From Hypanus sabinus (Eukaryota): a stretch of 64,000 bases of DNA. Under the pieces are notes generated by a model. That model saw nothing but the letters and a program-made list of their open reading frames with translations. It had not been told where the DNA came from and did no database searches. The position numbers and the translations under genes are program-made. Numbering within the stretch: the stretch's first letter is position 1; each line of letters starts with the position of its first letter. Shown one piece after another: positions 12,945 through 25,480 of the stretch. Location: assembly GCF_030144855.1 (NCBI RefSeq), contig NC_082730.1, forward strand, positions 4,216,001 to 4,280,000. The letters are read 5' to 3'.

Positions 12945-13465
12945 GATTACAGACCCTTTGACCCACAATGTTGTGCTAACCATGTAACCTACTCTAAAAT
13001 CTGCCCAGAATTTCACTATAGCACAGCCCTTGAGTTTCCTAAGCTCCATGCTCCTATCGAACAATCTCTTAAAAGACCCTATTGAATCTGTCTCTACCAG
13101 CATTGCTGGCAGTGCATTCCATGCACCCACCAGTCTCTGTGTGAAAACTTACCTCTAACAGCCCCCTTGTACCTACTTCCAAGCATCTTAAAACAATGCC
13201 CCTTTGTGTTGGCTATTTCAGTCCTTTGATACAGCCTCTGGCTAGCCACGCGATCAATGCCCCTCATCATCTTTTACACCTCCATCAGGTCACCTCGCAT
13301 CCTCTTTTGCTCCAAGGAGTTCACTCAACCTATTCTCTTAAGGCATGCTCCCCAATCCAGGGAACATCCTTGTAAATCTCCTCGACACACTTTCTATGGT
13401 TTCCATATCCTTCCTGTAATGAGGTGATCAGAATGAGCACAGTACTCCAAGTGGGGCCTAACTAA
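12945..13465 (-). mobile_element. CR1 3' fragment (paralogue at about 49725-50250)
   Basis: Minus-strand [20 protein letters not shown]-terminus. Confidence 0.8.
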
Positions 13466-13769
13466 GTGTATCTCCACCTCCCTCACACTGGCCCTCAATA
13501 ACCCCTCTACTCAAGCTCAGCCTCCACCTCCCTGACCACTGGGTATCTCAGCCATCCTAAATAATCCTTCCCTCCAATCTAATCATTCCTTCACTCCAGC
13601 AAGATTGCACAGTTGTTTCAGTATGGACCATCTGCAAAATGCACTGCAGATCCTCACCCAGGCTATGCTGACAAATATGAGTGGAGGCTTAGTATAAAAT
13701 ACAAAATTGAAGGTTAACTACAAAGTAAACGGTCGTCTGCAATATCCTCTCAGACAGTGTCTGAGAGCA

Positions 13770-14400
13770 GAATACATACAAACTGAAGTTTTTAAGAAAG
13801 CACATGGTACATTGGCATTCATCAACCAGGGGATTGAGTTCAAGAGCCGAGAGGTAAAGTCAGACCCAACTTAGATTTCTGGTCACCTCACTGCAGGAAG
13901 GATATGGAAACTATAGAAAGGTTTCAGAGGAGATTTACAAGGACGTTGCCTGGATGGGGAGCATGCCTTATGAGAATAGTTTGAGTGAACTCGGCCTTTT
14001 CTCCTTGGTGTGGTGGATGATGTGATGTGACCTGATAGAGGCGTATAAGATGATAAGAGGCATTGATCGTGTGGATAGTCAGAGGCTTTTTCCCAGGGCT
14101 GAAATGGCTAACATGAGAGGGCACAGTTTTAAGGTGCTTGGAAGTAGGTACAGAGGAGATATCAGGGGTAAGTTTTTTTAATGCAGAGAGTAGTGAATGA
14201 GTGGAATGGGCTGCTGGAAATGGTGGTGGAGGTGGATACAACAGGGTCTTTTAGGAGAATCCTGTATAGGCGCATTGGAGCTCAGAAAAATAGAGGGCAA
14301 TGGGTAGCCCTAGGTAATTTCTAAGGTATGGACATGCTCGGCTCAGCTTTGTGGGCTGAAGGGCCTGTATCGTGCTGTAGGTTTTCTATGTTTCTATGTT
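13770..14400 (+). mobile_element. CR1 3' fragment (paralogue at about 50555-51185)
   Basis: CR1 ORF2 C-terminal region and (ttctatgt)n tail. Confidence 0.8.
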
Positions 14401-15040
14401 TGAGAAGATGGGCAATTTCAGTTTTGATTCTTCCACCATTTCCTTAATTCCTGTCACAACATTTTCAAATGTCAACAGTATTGTTCTTTTGTGTACCAAT
14501 GGGAGCACCATAGAGTAGGAAGAAATGGGGGGAGTGATGTGATAGTGACTGGAGGGAATAGAGGATGACGGGACTGAGGGGTATTGAAGGGGTGGAGTGC
14601 AGGTCAGTGATGTGATGTTGATTAGCGGGAATGGGGAAAGAGGGGACTGACGGGTATCAGAGGGGTGGTGATGGGTTTGGAGATGAGTGATTTGATGGAG
14701 AGAATTGGATGGAAAGATTGAGGGGTACTGGAGGGGAGGGGTGGGATGGAGGACAGTGAGGTGATAGTGATTGGAGGGAATCGGGACTCAGGGGACTGAG
14801 GGTTATTGGAGGGAAAAAGGTTGGAGGGACTGAGGGATGTTGGAAGGGAGGGGAGTGGGGTGAAGACGTGGGGGTTGGAGGGGATTTATGTGATGGTGAT
14901 TTCAGGGTACTGAGGGACCGTGTTGAGGTGACAGGGAGTTTTTTCCGACAGAGGAGGGATGGAGTGAATTCATCAATCCTGTGTCACTGGGAATGTGAGG
15001 ACTGGATTCATCAGGAAATCTTTTCTCCTCTGTGTTACAG

Positions 15041-15178
15041 CTTCTAAAACAACAGCAGTGACCCTGGTGTTCAGATTGTCAGTGGTGCTGACCCTCCTGA
15101 TCTCTGCTCTCACTGCGATCCTCATGGTCACACGGAGGAGAAGACCTGAGGGAAGGGAAGTAACTTCAGGGACTGAAG
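15041..15178 (+). CDS. Gene A transmembrane exon with TM arginine
   Basis: ttacag acceptor and AAG|GCAAGT donor; 138 nt, phase 1/1. TSKTTAVTLVFRLSVVLTLLISALTAILMVTRRRR: hydrophobic helix followed by a polybasic stop-transfer; Arg codon at 15073-15075. Confidence 0.88.
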
Positions 15179-15341
15179 GCAAGTGGAGCTGACACCCTGT
15201 CATTGAGTCTAGTATTTGGGAGAGGGAGAGAGAGGGGGTGGGCTGGGGTGGTGACAACAGGGGTGGGAGAGAAGAGTTAGATGGGGTAAAGTGGGAATGG
15301 TTTCAGTACAGGCCCTGTCACCTCTGCTTTCTGTCCCACAG

Positions 15342-15490
15342 ACCCACTGGAGACAGGCATCATTGACACAGACCTTCAGAAGAATCGCAGTGTCTGGCAG
15401 CCCCCCAGGGAGATTGACAGGGTAATGACAGACACATTACCCCTGAAAGAGGGCACCCAGGGACCACTCACAGTCCTTGGGGCAAACTGA
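15342..15490 (+). CDS. Gene A cytoplasmic exon (ITIM Tyr replaced by Asp; read-through to TGA)
   Basis: cccacag acceptor, phase 1. DPLETGIIDTDLQKNRSVWQPPREIDR; paralogous donor AGG|GTAATG at 15421/15422; read-through stop at 15488-15490. Confidence 0.75.
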
Positions 15491-16589
15491 ATGCAAGGCC
15501 TGCATGTAATCTGAACAATCCCAGAATCAACCACAGGTCCCTGTCACCGGGGGTCGTTCCAACCACCACTGCATATTAATACTCTCAGTTACTCCAAAAT
15601 CTGCTTCTGCAAACTCCAGTCTCAACAACAACATTGTGTGGGTAGTCATCAGTACTAAGCCCCCAAATCTCAAAGGCACTGAGTGGCATCAATTGTAATT
15701 GTGTCTGATACCGTTTGTAAATGGATCTATAAAGTAAAGTAAGTTGAGAACCTGTGTCAGTACGGCTCGAGCAGAAATACCTTCAGTCCATTTGGACACA
15801 CCAGAGTCTGGTCCCACTAAACCTTCACGAATATTGTTTTGCACTTTAGTATTTCCCTTGATGCACTGATTGGAACGTATTCTGTCTGAGATGCCAGTCC
15901 ATATCTATACAGTGTTCACCCGCAGTTTTGCATCTTTAGTTCTCTGTTTGATTAACCGTGATTTACTTTCTGTAGATTTTCGTGTTACTCATAGTTTCAC
16001 TTGAAACATCTATCTTCTTCACAGTTGTTACAGAACTTCCAGGTTCGGTACGTTTTGGATTCAACTGAACAGGAGAGTTAGAATATTCTGATGCGGGAAT
16101 AAAAATTGTGGTGAATGCTCTGTAAATGCTGTAAATCCCATGCAAAGTTATCATTTTCCAGGGAATAACACCCTGCACCAGCAAAAAATAAAGTGGAGTT
16201 ATATTTACTGATATTAAAACTTTAACAGTTAATAGGGGGAAAAGAAAAGGGTCCAGCACAGCTAAACCAGTCTGAATGGGCAGATAAACATTGGATCTTT
16301 GATTTCTCACTTGCTGAACCCATGATCTGCATGGAAGACACCAGTCACCTTTGGAACTTCCCTTGAAAGCCATTTTGAATGAACTGGCTAACTCAGGAGC
16401 ATTTGCAGAAAAACTGCTAAAATTAAAATACCTCACAGCATACCAGTAGAAACACAATAAAACATGTGCTTAACTTGGGAATGACACAGGCAAATTGTTT
16501 GAATGTGAGCAATGACTCAATGGCAGCCATAGAGATGGAGGCCAATGGGCCTGTTTCTGTGACTCCACCCTATTTGACTCCCTTCACCA

Positions 16590-17110
16590 ACACATCACAG
16601 TTCAGAGTTCAAAGTATATTTTATTATCAAAGTGTGCATATATTATACAAGCTTGAGATTCATCTACTTATGGGCAGTCAGAACACAAGAATCTCAAAAG
16701 AACCCATGAAAAAAGAAAGTTAACAAACACCCAATGTGCAGAGAGAGAGAGAGAGAGAGAGAAACATCACACCAATCATGCAAACAATAAAAGCCAGCCA
16801 AAGCATTCAGGATGAAAGCGAGCCCATAGACACAAACCCTGGAGGATCCGGAGCAGGCCCATAGCCTCAGCTTCAGTTCATCACACAGCAGAGCAAAATG
16901 TCATGGAGCTGACACACATGGACCCTGAGGCATCTGGAGCCAGCTCACAGCCTCAGTGTCAATATGCAGCAAACCAGCCAACACGCACGACCTTTTCAAT
17001 CGATCTGGCTCAGGGTTTAAATCATCCACTATAACACCACACACAGTTCCAGTCACGGTCTGTGCCGATCAAAGTCCCAGGTCTGCTGCTCTTGGACCAG
17101 ATTCAGACAC
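16590..17110 (-). mobile_element. LINE 3' tail fragment (Rex1/RTE-like; related copy at about 57600-58090)
   Basis: agttcaaagta..tttattatcaaagt tail shared with 57615; (GA)n inside. Confidence 0.5.
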
Positions 17111-17149
17111 GGTCTGGGCTGGGTCACACCCGGGTGTAGAAGGGAAACT

Positions 17150-17830
17150 GGGACCATAAGACCATAAGATATAGGAGCAGAAGTAGGCCATTTGGCCCAT
17201 CGAGTCTGCTCCACCATTCAATCATGGGCTGATCCAATTTTTCCAGTCACACCCACTACCCTGCCTTCACCCAAACCCTTTGATGCCCTGGCTAATCAAG
17301 AACCTATCTATCTCTGCCTTAAGTACACCCAATTACTTGGACTCCACAGCCACTTGGGGCAACAAATTCCACAGATTTATCTCCCTCTGACGAAAGTAAT
17401 TTCTCTGCATCTCAGTTCTAAATGGACGTCCTTCAATCCTGAATTCATACCTTCTTGTCCTAGACTCCCCTACCATGGGAAATAACTCTGTTATATCTAA
17501 CTTGTTCAGGCCTTTTAACATTTGGAATGTTTCTATGAGATCCCCCTCATTCTCCTGAACTCCAGGGAATACAACCAATGAACTGCCAAACATTCCTCAT
17601 GCAGTAACCCTTTCCTTTCTGGAATCATTTTGTGAATATTCTCTGAACCTTCTCCAATGTTAGTATAGTCTTTCCAAAATAAGAAGTCCACAGCTGCACA
17701 CAATCCTCCAAGTGTGGTCCCACGAGTGCCTTATAGAGCCTCAGCATCACATCCCACCTCTTATATTCTATACCTCTAGAAATGATCGCCAACATTGCAT
17801 TCGCCTTCTTCCCAACCAACTCAACCTGGA
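17150..17830 (-). mobile_element. CR1 3' fragment
   Basis: accataagaccataag tail; GDLIETFQMLKGL, GIEYKRWDVMLRLYKALVGPHLE. Confidence 0.88.
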
Positions 17831-18215
17831 GGTTACACATACAATGGTGACAACATATGTGGGCCTGGAGAGGATTGCTGGGAATCAAAGCCATAAACAG
17901 GGAACTGTGGATTTTTTATGGATGTTGCGGGAAGTGGTTGGGAAAGTGGGAACTTACTCCAGCAATAACTGATGAAATGAAGGTTGAGGGAAGGGCTAAA
18001 GTGGTGTGTGGCAATGAGCTGGAATCAGCTTCAAGTTCACTTGGGACCATTGGGGATTGAATGCAGGAATCGGGGACCGATTTTCCTTAACTCATCTTTC
18101 ACCATTACTGCTCAACCTGAAATCCCATGTAAGGAACATACATCATGGTCTATTCATTTTCATAGATGCTGCTTGACCTGTTGAGATCCTACAGCATTTT
18201 GAGTGTGTTGCCCTT

Positions 18216-18405
18216 GGTTCTGAACATTACCGGGACCTTTGACCTCACCTGGTCCTGCTCCATGTCCTTAGGGTTCTTACCAGCTTCAAGTGGTGAAGGG
18301 GAGGAGACTCCAGCATACATCACCTCTGGAATCATGGAGAGATGGGTGAGGTTCATCACACAGATTAACCTATGGATGGGCAGTGTGATGGGGCAGTGTA
18401 GGTGG
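18216..18405 (+). pseudogene. Relic IgC2 exon of a third SLAM-like paralogue
   Basis: ggttctgaacattaccgggacctttgacctcacc and cacctctggaatcatggagagatgggtgaggttcatcacacag align with the C2 exons. Cys lost, frameshifted, 5' end abutting a SINE-like tail. Confidence 0.75.
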
Positions 18406-19589
18406 CGCTTCACTTTATGTCAAACAAGTGCACATTTATTTGTTTTACAATAATCACACTGTTCTCAGTTCAATCTTGACAAATATTTATGCATTTAAAA
18501 CATCAAATTAAATCATGATCATCCTTGTCCAGGATGCAACCCAGCCCTTGTAATGCCCACTGCCATCTGAAAACATCCAAGATGTGAATGAAGAGTACGT
18601 ACTCTCTTTCCAAAACCAGATTGAGCTGAGTTACTGACTCTCAGCTGATCTGCAGTGTCGGAGCCAGAGTCAGGTAGCAGTTTGTGGTGTCCTGCCATTT
18701 TTCGGTTGAGCAGCAGTGCACAGTATGAACTGTTCCCTAAAGCGAAAGACTACTCTGAGTGATCTCCTGAGGGGATGATCCCTCAGTAGGTACTTCTGTC
18801 TTTCATCAGTACTGTGGGTCTCTTAATTGTTGTCCAGCCTATAGTGGTTAAAGTCTTGTGCATTCTGTTTAATCTTGTCAAGCTTATTTTTCTACATCCT
18901 GTGATTATTTAAAGTGGACTCCCAATTAACACCTAATGGTGGGTCATTGTGTTCCGAAAATAATTTGTTTCACAGAGTCGCTCGCTCAGGCCACCAATGT
19001 TCTGTTGGAATTCCAATGCATGAACTCATCTTCTATCTCCACATGGGAGTCTATCGCTCCTCTGCACCTGGGTTCAGTTGTCTCCCAGCACACACCGTGA
19101 CACTGTCTGCTACTACAATGCAGGTAGTCAACAGCTAGGTCCAGGTATGACTCTAAGCTGAGCAGATTCTTTTGAAATGTTTCATCTCAGCCTTCTGCCT
19201 CTTGGTCGTGCTCTTCTTGTACACTTGATAAAAGTGATGGTGGTGAGTCTTACCCATGTCCCACCTAGACTTCAGAAAAGGGAATGTCCGGAACCTTTGG
19301 AATGAATCCTGGAGTCGGCCACCTTCCAGCAGCCAGTTGTTACAGAGCTTACGTGGACCCCACTCATGTGCACGTCAGGACGAACTCTGCCCACACTAAG
19401 TGATGGATTGAGTATGAAACTGGCCTCACAGTGGACATCAGACATGTTTGCTGCTCAAGTTATAGATGGTCTCCTCCGTCAGCCCCCTTCAACTGTTACA
19501 CCACTCCCACTGGAAATTAAAATGAAATGATTCATGTTGAGTTCCCCCCGCTGTCCCCCTGCATCCAATAGACAGGTGGCTACAATTAA

Positions 19590-19860
19590 AATGGACTCCA
19601 CGGGGTGTGGAGATGTGGCACAACCCCGGTGAGACTCACCATCTTTTATAGATGTACCATAGCAAGCATCCTATGTGGATGTATCACAGATTTGTATGGC
19701 TACTGCTCTGAATATGAAATGGCAGAGAGCTGTGAATGCAGCCCAGACTGTCACACAAAGCAACCTCCCATTCATGGACTGTGTCCTCACTTACCACCGG
19801 CTCAGGAAAGGAGACAAAACAATCAGAGAGCCTATCCACCACTGTCATTCTCTCTTCCCT
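19590..19860 (+). mobile_element. Rex1/Babar-like C-terminal fragment
   Basis: LTIFYRCTIASILCGCIT..YG.CS motif. Confidence 0.7.
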
Positions 19861-20589
19861 CCCCAGTCTGCCCCGACACCATCCCACTGACCCACAAATC
19901 TGTCTTTCTCAGCCGAACACCTGACCCCTCACCATGCCTTCCAACAACACTCTCCCCAAAGTCTCCACTTTGTCTCCCTTGTAAAGGCCGACTCCACAGT
20001 TCCTCCACCGTCCCCAGCACACAGATGCACAGACACACACAGGATCAGGATGGAGACAGCAATCGGAGGGTGGGGAGGGGGTTGAGGACTGGGGTAGATC
20101 ATCCACTGTCATATTCAATGGTGCGAGAGGCTGGGTTGCTTGAGGGGCCAAAGCCAACTCCTGTTCTTATTTCCCTCTTTGTGTGTGTCTGTTTGTACAT
20201 GTGTGAGAGAGAGAAAGAGTGGGTGGGGAGATCTTCAGAACTGAGTGAAAATGCAGACTGAGAGGGAGAGACACAGACTAAGAAACCGAGAGAGGAATGT
20301 GAAAACAGTGACTTCTGAAGAGAAATGAAAGGTAAATTGAAAAAGATGTCCTCTCAGAGACTATGAGAAACAGGAGAATGAAAGGACAAGAGAAGATGGG
20401 CAGAGAGGCTGTGGGTAAGGGTACAGAATCTGAGAGAGAGAGAGAGAGAGAGCTAGAGGTGGACAGGGACTGGTTGGAGATGTGGAGATGGTTAATGGGA
20501 TGTGTTTGAGTTACAGCTTGTGCTCTGTGACTGTTTGGAGTAGTATTGCCTCTTCCCCATCACAGTGTATTAGATAGGTGTGACATAGC

Positions 20590-21200
20590 CAGTTTCCACT
20601 GCTTTAGTTATTACCCATCGACCATCAAGCTCTTGAGTAAATGTGGATACCTACCCTCACTACCCCATCATTAAATGTCTTACACCAAAGATCTCACTTT
20701 AAGGATTCTTTATCTCATTATCTCATGTTCCCAGTATTCCTTGCTATTTATTTATATTTACATTTGCACAGTTTTTTTTGTTTTCACTCTGGAGGATCTT
20801 TCATTGATCCTGTTTTAGATACTATTCTTTAGATTTGTTGAGCATGCCCCAAGGAAAATAAATCTCAGGATTCTATATGGTGATATATATCTACTTTGAT
20901 AATAAAGTTTACTTTGCTCACTTTGAAGTGTACTTGTTTCCAATGCTTGTTCACCAAGCACCAAATGAAGTTGCAAGTTTTAAGTTCAAGAACAAGTTTC
21001 AAGTTTAATTATCGTTCAATTATACACGAATAGAGGCAAACTACAAGGTGCAAAACACATACCAACAACATACAGCACACTTCACATAGCACATTGCACA
21101 AATAGCACGTTTGGTTATTCATCAGTACAGAACAACATACAGTCACAAAGAGAAATAAAAATATATCGCCCAAGTCTTGAGTTGTCCTGGTCCAGCTTGT
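20590..21200. mobile_element. Two tail-to-tail LINE 3' ends (Rex1/Babar-like)
   Basis: Plus-strand tail ending aataaagtttactttg; minus-strand tail starting agtttcaagtttaatt. Confidence 0.5.
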
Positions 21201-21309
21201 TCTTTCACCAAGTGAACACTGGAGGGCAGCAGAGACAGGAGGGCTCAGACACCAACCCAGTATGAAATCTGATTTGGACAATCCACATATTATAGTGAGA
21301 ATGGTTACA

Positions 21310-24300
21310 GCGACTTTGTATTCCGTGTGGTATGTGGGAAGTCTGGGACACCTCCAGTCTCCCAGATAAACACAACTGCATCAGGTGCACCGAGTTGCAC
21401 TTCCTGAGAGAACATATAAAGGAACAGGAGCTCAACTCAATGACCTTTGACTCATGTGGGAGAATGAAGAAGAGATAAAAAAGAATTAGAGGGAGGTAGT
21501 TACCCCAGGATTACAGGAGTGAGGTAACTGAGAGATTGCCAGGAGAAGGAGGGGAAATGTACAGCCAGTGCAGAGTACACTTGTGGCCATTCCCCTCAAT
21601 AATAACTTTAGATACTATTGAGAGGGATGACCTAACAGGGAGGAGCCACAATGACCAGGTCTCTGGCACTGAGTTTGATGCTGTGTCTCAGATGAGCGGA
21701 GAGGTGAAGAGGACTGAAGTATTGGTAGGAGATTCCTTCATCGGAGGAAAAGAGAAAAGGTTCTGTGGGTGAGATAGAGACACACAAATTGTATCTTGCC
21801 TCCCTGACGCCAGGATCAGGGATATCTCGATTCTTGACCATGGCATTCTCAAGGGCAAAGTTGAGCAGCTGAAGTTTTTGTACATATTGACACCATGACA
21901 TGGGTAAATAATGTGATGAGGTCCTGAAGAGAGATTTTATGGAGCTAGGTAGAAAGCTGAGAAACAGGACCATCAGGATAGTGATCACTGGATTGTTGCC
22001 TGTGCCATGTGCCACTGAGGGAAAGAATAGGATGACTTGGCAGGTGAATATGTAGCTGAGGAACTGGAGCATGAGGCAAGGGTTGAAATTTATGGATCTT
22101 TGTGATTTCTCCTGGGGCAGCTATGACCTGTACAATAAAAGACAGGCTACACCTGATCCCGAGGATCTCCAATATCCTTGTGGGCAGGTTGGCTCAAGTT
22201 GTTTGGGTGGGTTTAAACGAGTTCAGCAGGGGGCTGGGAACTGGAATGGTAATGCGGAGGATGAGCGCTATCAGATGTAAACAGATGTAATGTGTAGTGA
22301 GACTCCTAGCAGGCAGACCTATACGATAGATAAAAATTGCAGTAAACCGGAAGAGCTGTAATGTAAAGGTGTTCAAAATTGAAAAAGGTGAATACAGAAC
22401 TAAAGGTGTAATATTTGACCGCGGGCGGTAATGGAATAAGGTCGATGAACTTGTAGTACAGATACAGATTGGCAAAGATGATGTAGGTATCACTGAATAG
22501 GCAGGAAGGCAGAGGGTCTGGCATGGCACTGTTGATAAAAAATGAAATTAAATCATTCGAAAGAAGTGACATAAGGTCAGAAGATGTTGAATTGTTGTAG
22601 TTAGAGCTGAGGAACTGCAAGGGTAAAGAGACGCTGATGGGTGTTATCTACAGACGCCCAAACAGAGGTAAGGATGTGGTCTACAAGTTAGAATGGGAGA
22701 TGGGAATTGCCTGCCAAAAGGGCAATGTTACAGTACTTACGAGTTCCATCAATATACAAGTAGATTGGGAAAACCAGGTTGGTGTGGGATTCGAAGAGGG
22801 GCAATTTCTAACTTATGGGATATCTTTCTAGAGCAGTTTGTGTTTGAGCTCCGTAGGGGTTAGCTATTCTAGATTGAGTGTTGTGCGATGAACCAGAATT
22901 GATCAGAGAGCTTAAAGTAAAACAATCCTGAGGGGTAACTTATCATTATGTAGTCAAAATGACGCTGAAATTGGAGAAAGAGAAGCTAAAATCACATCTT
23001 ACAGTATTACAGTGGAGTAAAATATATCACAGGGGCATGAGAGAGGAGTTGTCCAGTACTGATTCAAGAAAAAAATAACACAGGCAGGGATGATGGCAGA
23101 GATGCAATTGCTGCAATTACTGAAAGCAATTCCGATGACACAGGATTTATAAATCTCAAAGTGTAGGAAGTATACTAAGGGCAAGATGACACAACCATGG
23201 CTAACGAAGGAAGTCAAGGTCAACATGAGGTCCAAAGTGAGGACATATAATAGAGCAGAAAATTGACGAGATGTTAGGGGAGTGGGAAGCTTTTAAATAC
23301 CAACAGAAGGCAACTAAATGTCGTTAAGTAGGTAAATGTTGAATAAATCTAGCCAATAATATTAAAGACAATACCAACAATTTCTTCAGGACCATAAAGT
23401 GTGAAAGAGAGGCAAGAGTGGATTTTGGACCACTGGAAAATGATGCTGTTATGGGGACAAGGAAATGGCAGAAAAACTGGATAAGTATTTTGCATCAGTC
23501 TTACTGTGGAAGAATCTAACAGTGTGGAGGATGATACAGGTAATGTGTCGTGTAATGTTTGAAGTTACCACTACTAGAGAGAAGGTCCTTGGGACACTAA
23601 AAGGTCTGATGGTGGATAACTCACCGGGAGCAGATGGTGTACTCCCAAAGATTCTGATAGAGGTGGTTGAAGAGATTGTGGAGGCATTAGTAATGACCTT
23701 TCAATAATCATTAGATTCTGTAAAGGTTCCTGAAGACTGGACAATTGCAAATGGCACCCCACTCTTCAAGAAAAGAGAAAGGCAGAAGAAAGGAAATTAA
23801 AGGCCAATTCGTCTGACCTCAGTGGTCGGGAAGATGTTGGATTCAATTGTTAAGGATGTGTTTTCAAGGTTCTCAGAGACACAGGATAAAATAGGCCATA
23901 GTCAGCATAGTTTTCTCAAATGAAAATCTTCCCTGACATATCTGTTGGAATTTTTTGAAGAAATAACAAGCAGGAATAGACAAAGGAGAATTGGTTAATG
24001 TTGCAAACTTGTGTAACACCCTGGGAAAGTGTTCACTGCTAGCATAATGGATTTTCTGTAGAAGCTGTGTTTGGAGTATTGTGAGCAGTTCTGGGCCCTT
24101 TATCTTGAAAAGGATGTGCTGAAACTGGAGAGAGAACAATGGAGGTTCATGAAAGTTATTCCAGGATAAATTGACTTGTCATATGAAGTGCGTTTGATTG
24201 TTCTGATCCTGTAATCAATGGAAATAAAAAGAATGAGAGATGACCTAATTGAAACCTACCAAATGTAAAAAGTCTTGATAGAGTGGCTGTGGAGAGGATG

Positions 24301-24580
24301 TTTTCTGCGGGTGGAGTTTTGAAGACCCAATAGATTGACATCTTCTTCAAACAGATTTGTGGAGGAACTTGTTTAGCTGGAGAGTGGTGAATCAGTGAGA
24401 TTTGTTGCTACAGGAAGCTGTGGAGGCCAATTCTTTATGTACATTTAAGGCAGAGGTTAATAGATTCTTGATTGATCACAGCATGAAGGGATACAGGGGG
24501 AAGGCAGGAGACTGGGGCTGAGAGGAAAACAGATTAGCCATGATGAAATGGCAGAGCAGATTCAATGGGCCAAATGGTCA
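21310..24580 (+). mobile_element. Older near-full-length CR1 LINE
   Basis: ORF1 zinc-finger/SGNH remnants, endonuclease GVIYRRPN, RT SPGADG..ILIEV, and 3' tail aatgggccaaatgg. Confidence 0.9.
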
Positions 24581-25329
24581 TTTGGAAATCCAGCAGCACA
24601 TCTTGTTCACACAACAACTCAGTCAATGCAAATCCCCCGTCATTGGTCTCTCCAGAGAACGAGTAAACCAAACGCAGTATTTTTTTGTCCAACAGGGTCT
24701 TGTGATCACTACACTAAATATCCAAAGCAATCAACCGTACTTTTTTAGGGCTGCGCACAGTCTGGGCACAAATGTACACAACAAGTCCAGCTCCGTCAAT
24801 ATCGAGCAAGTTGCTGCTGGGGTAGTCCTGCAGTCATTGATGTTCTGAATCTCCAGCAGTGACTTGCGGATGGAAAATAGACGTACAGGATGAGCAAATA
24901 CACGGGAGTGGTCGCTGTGTCTGAGCACGCCGCCATCGTTCCAGAAGCAGATGTAGAGTCTCGATGTGGAGGGGCCCCTCCCTCCTCTGAGCTCTCTCAT
25001 GTCTGCTTGGTGGGCAAGACCAGTTGTAATGGGGAACTCTGAGTAGAGAGCAGTAACAAATATTTGAGACATGTTGAGTGGACGTGCAGACCCCTCATCC
25101 ATTGTGGTCACTCCCGGGTTCTCTGCTTGTCCACATCCATGAAGCTCTTTGTCTCCTTCAGCGTCTCTGTCTGCTGCTCTCTCGGCTGCCCTGTCCATTC
25201 TCTGACTTCCTCTGCTGTCCATTGGGTCAAACAGCACAGAGATCGTCCCTTTGATCCACTGAGGGAACTCCAACCATCAAACACCACGTTACACCAATAC
25301 CATTTCATTAATCCCATCACCTCCCCCAG

Positions 25330-25480
25330 TTTCTACCACTCACCCTCTCAGTAGGGGCAATTTATAGTGGACAATTAACCTACCGCCCTTGTATCATTGG
25401 AATCTGGGATGAAATAATAGCACCCTGGGTAACCCGTGCCTTCACTGGGAGAACATGCAAACTCCACACAGCTGGAATCT
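25330..25480. mobile_element. SINE fragment (HE1-like)
   Basis: caattaacctacc...gggagaacatgcaaactccacacag motif. Confidence 0.5.

Larger units (their letters stand above)
1..15573 (+). repeat. Segmental duplication copy A (paralogous to 36825-52347; extends upstream of the window)
   Basis: Position 1 aataaacctccgcacgcc recurs at 36825. The sequences are collinear with the same TE insertions and exons up to ...ccactgca (15573/52347); flanks after that are unrelated. Confidence 0.97.

Noticed and set aside
15963-16457. 164-aa minus-strand ORF, and a plus-strand GVIFTDI ITIM-like string
   Set aside because: No recognisable domain and no consistent splice phase linking it to gene A.
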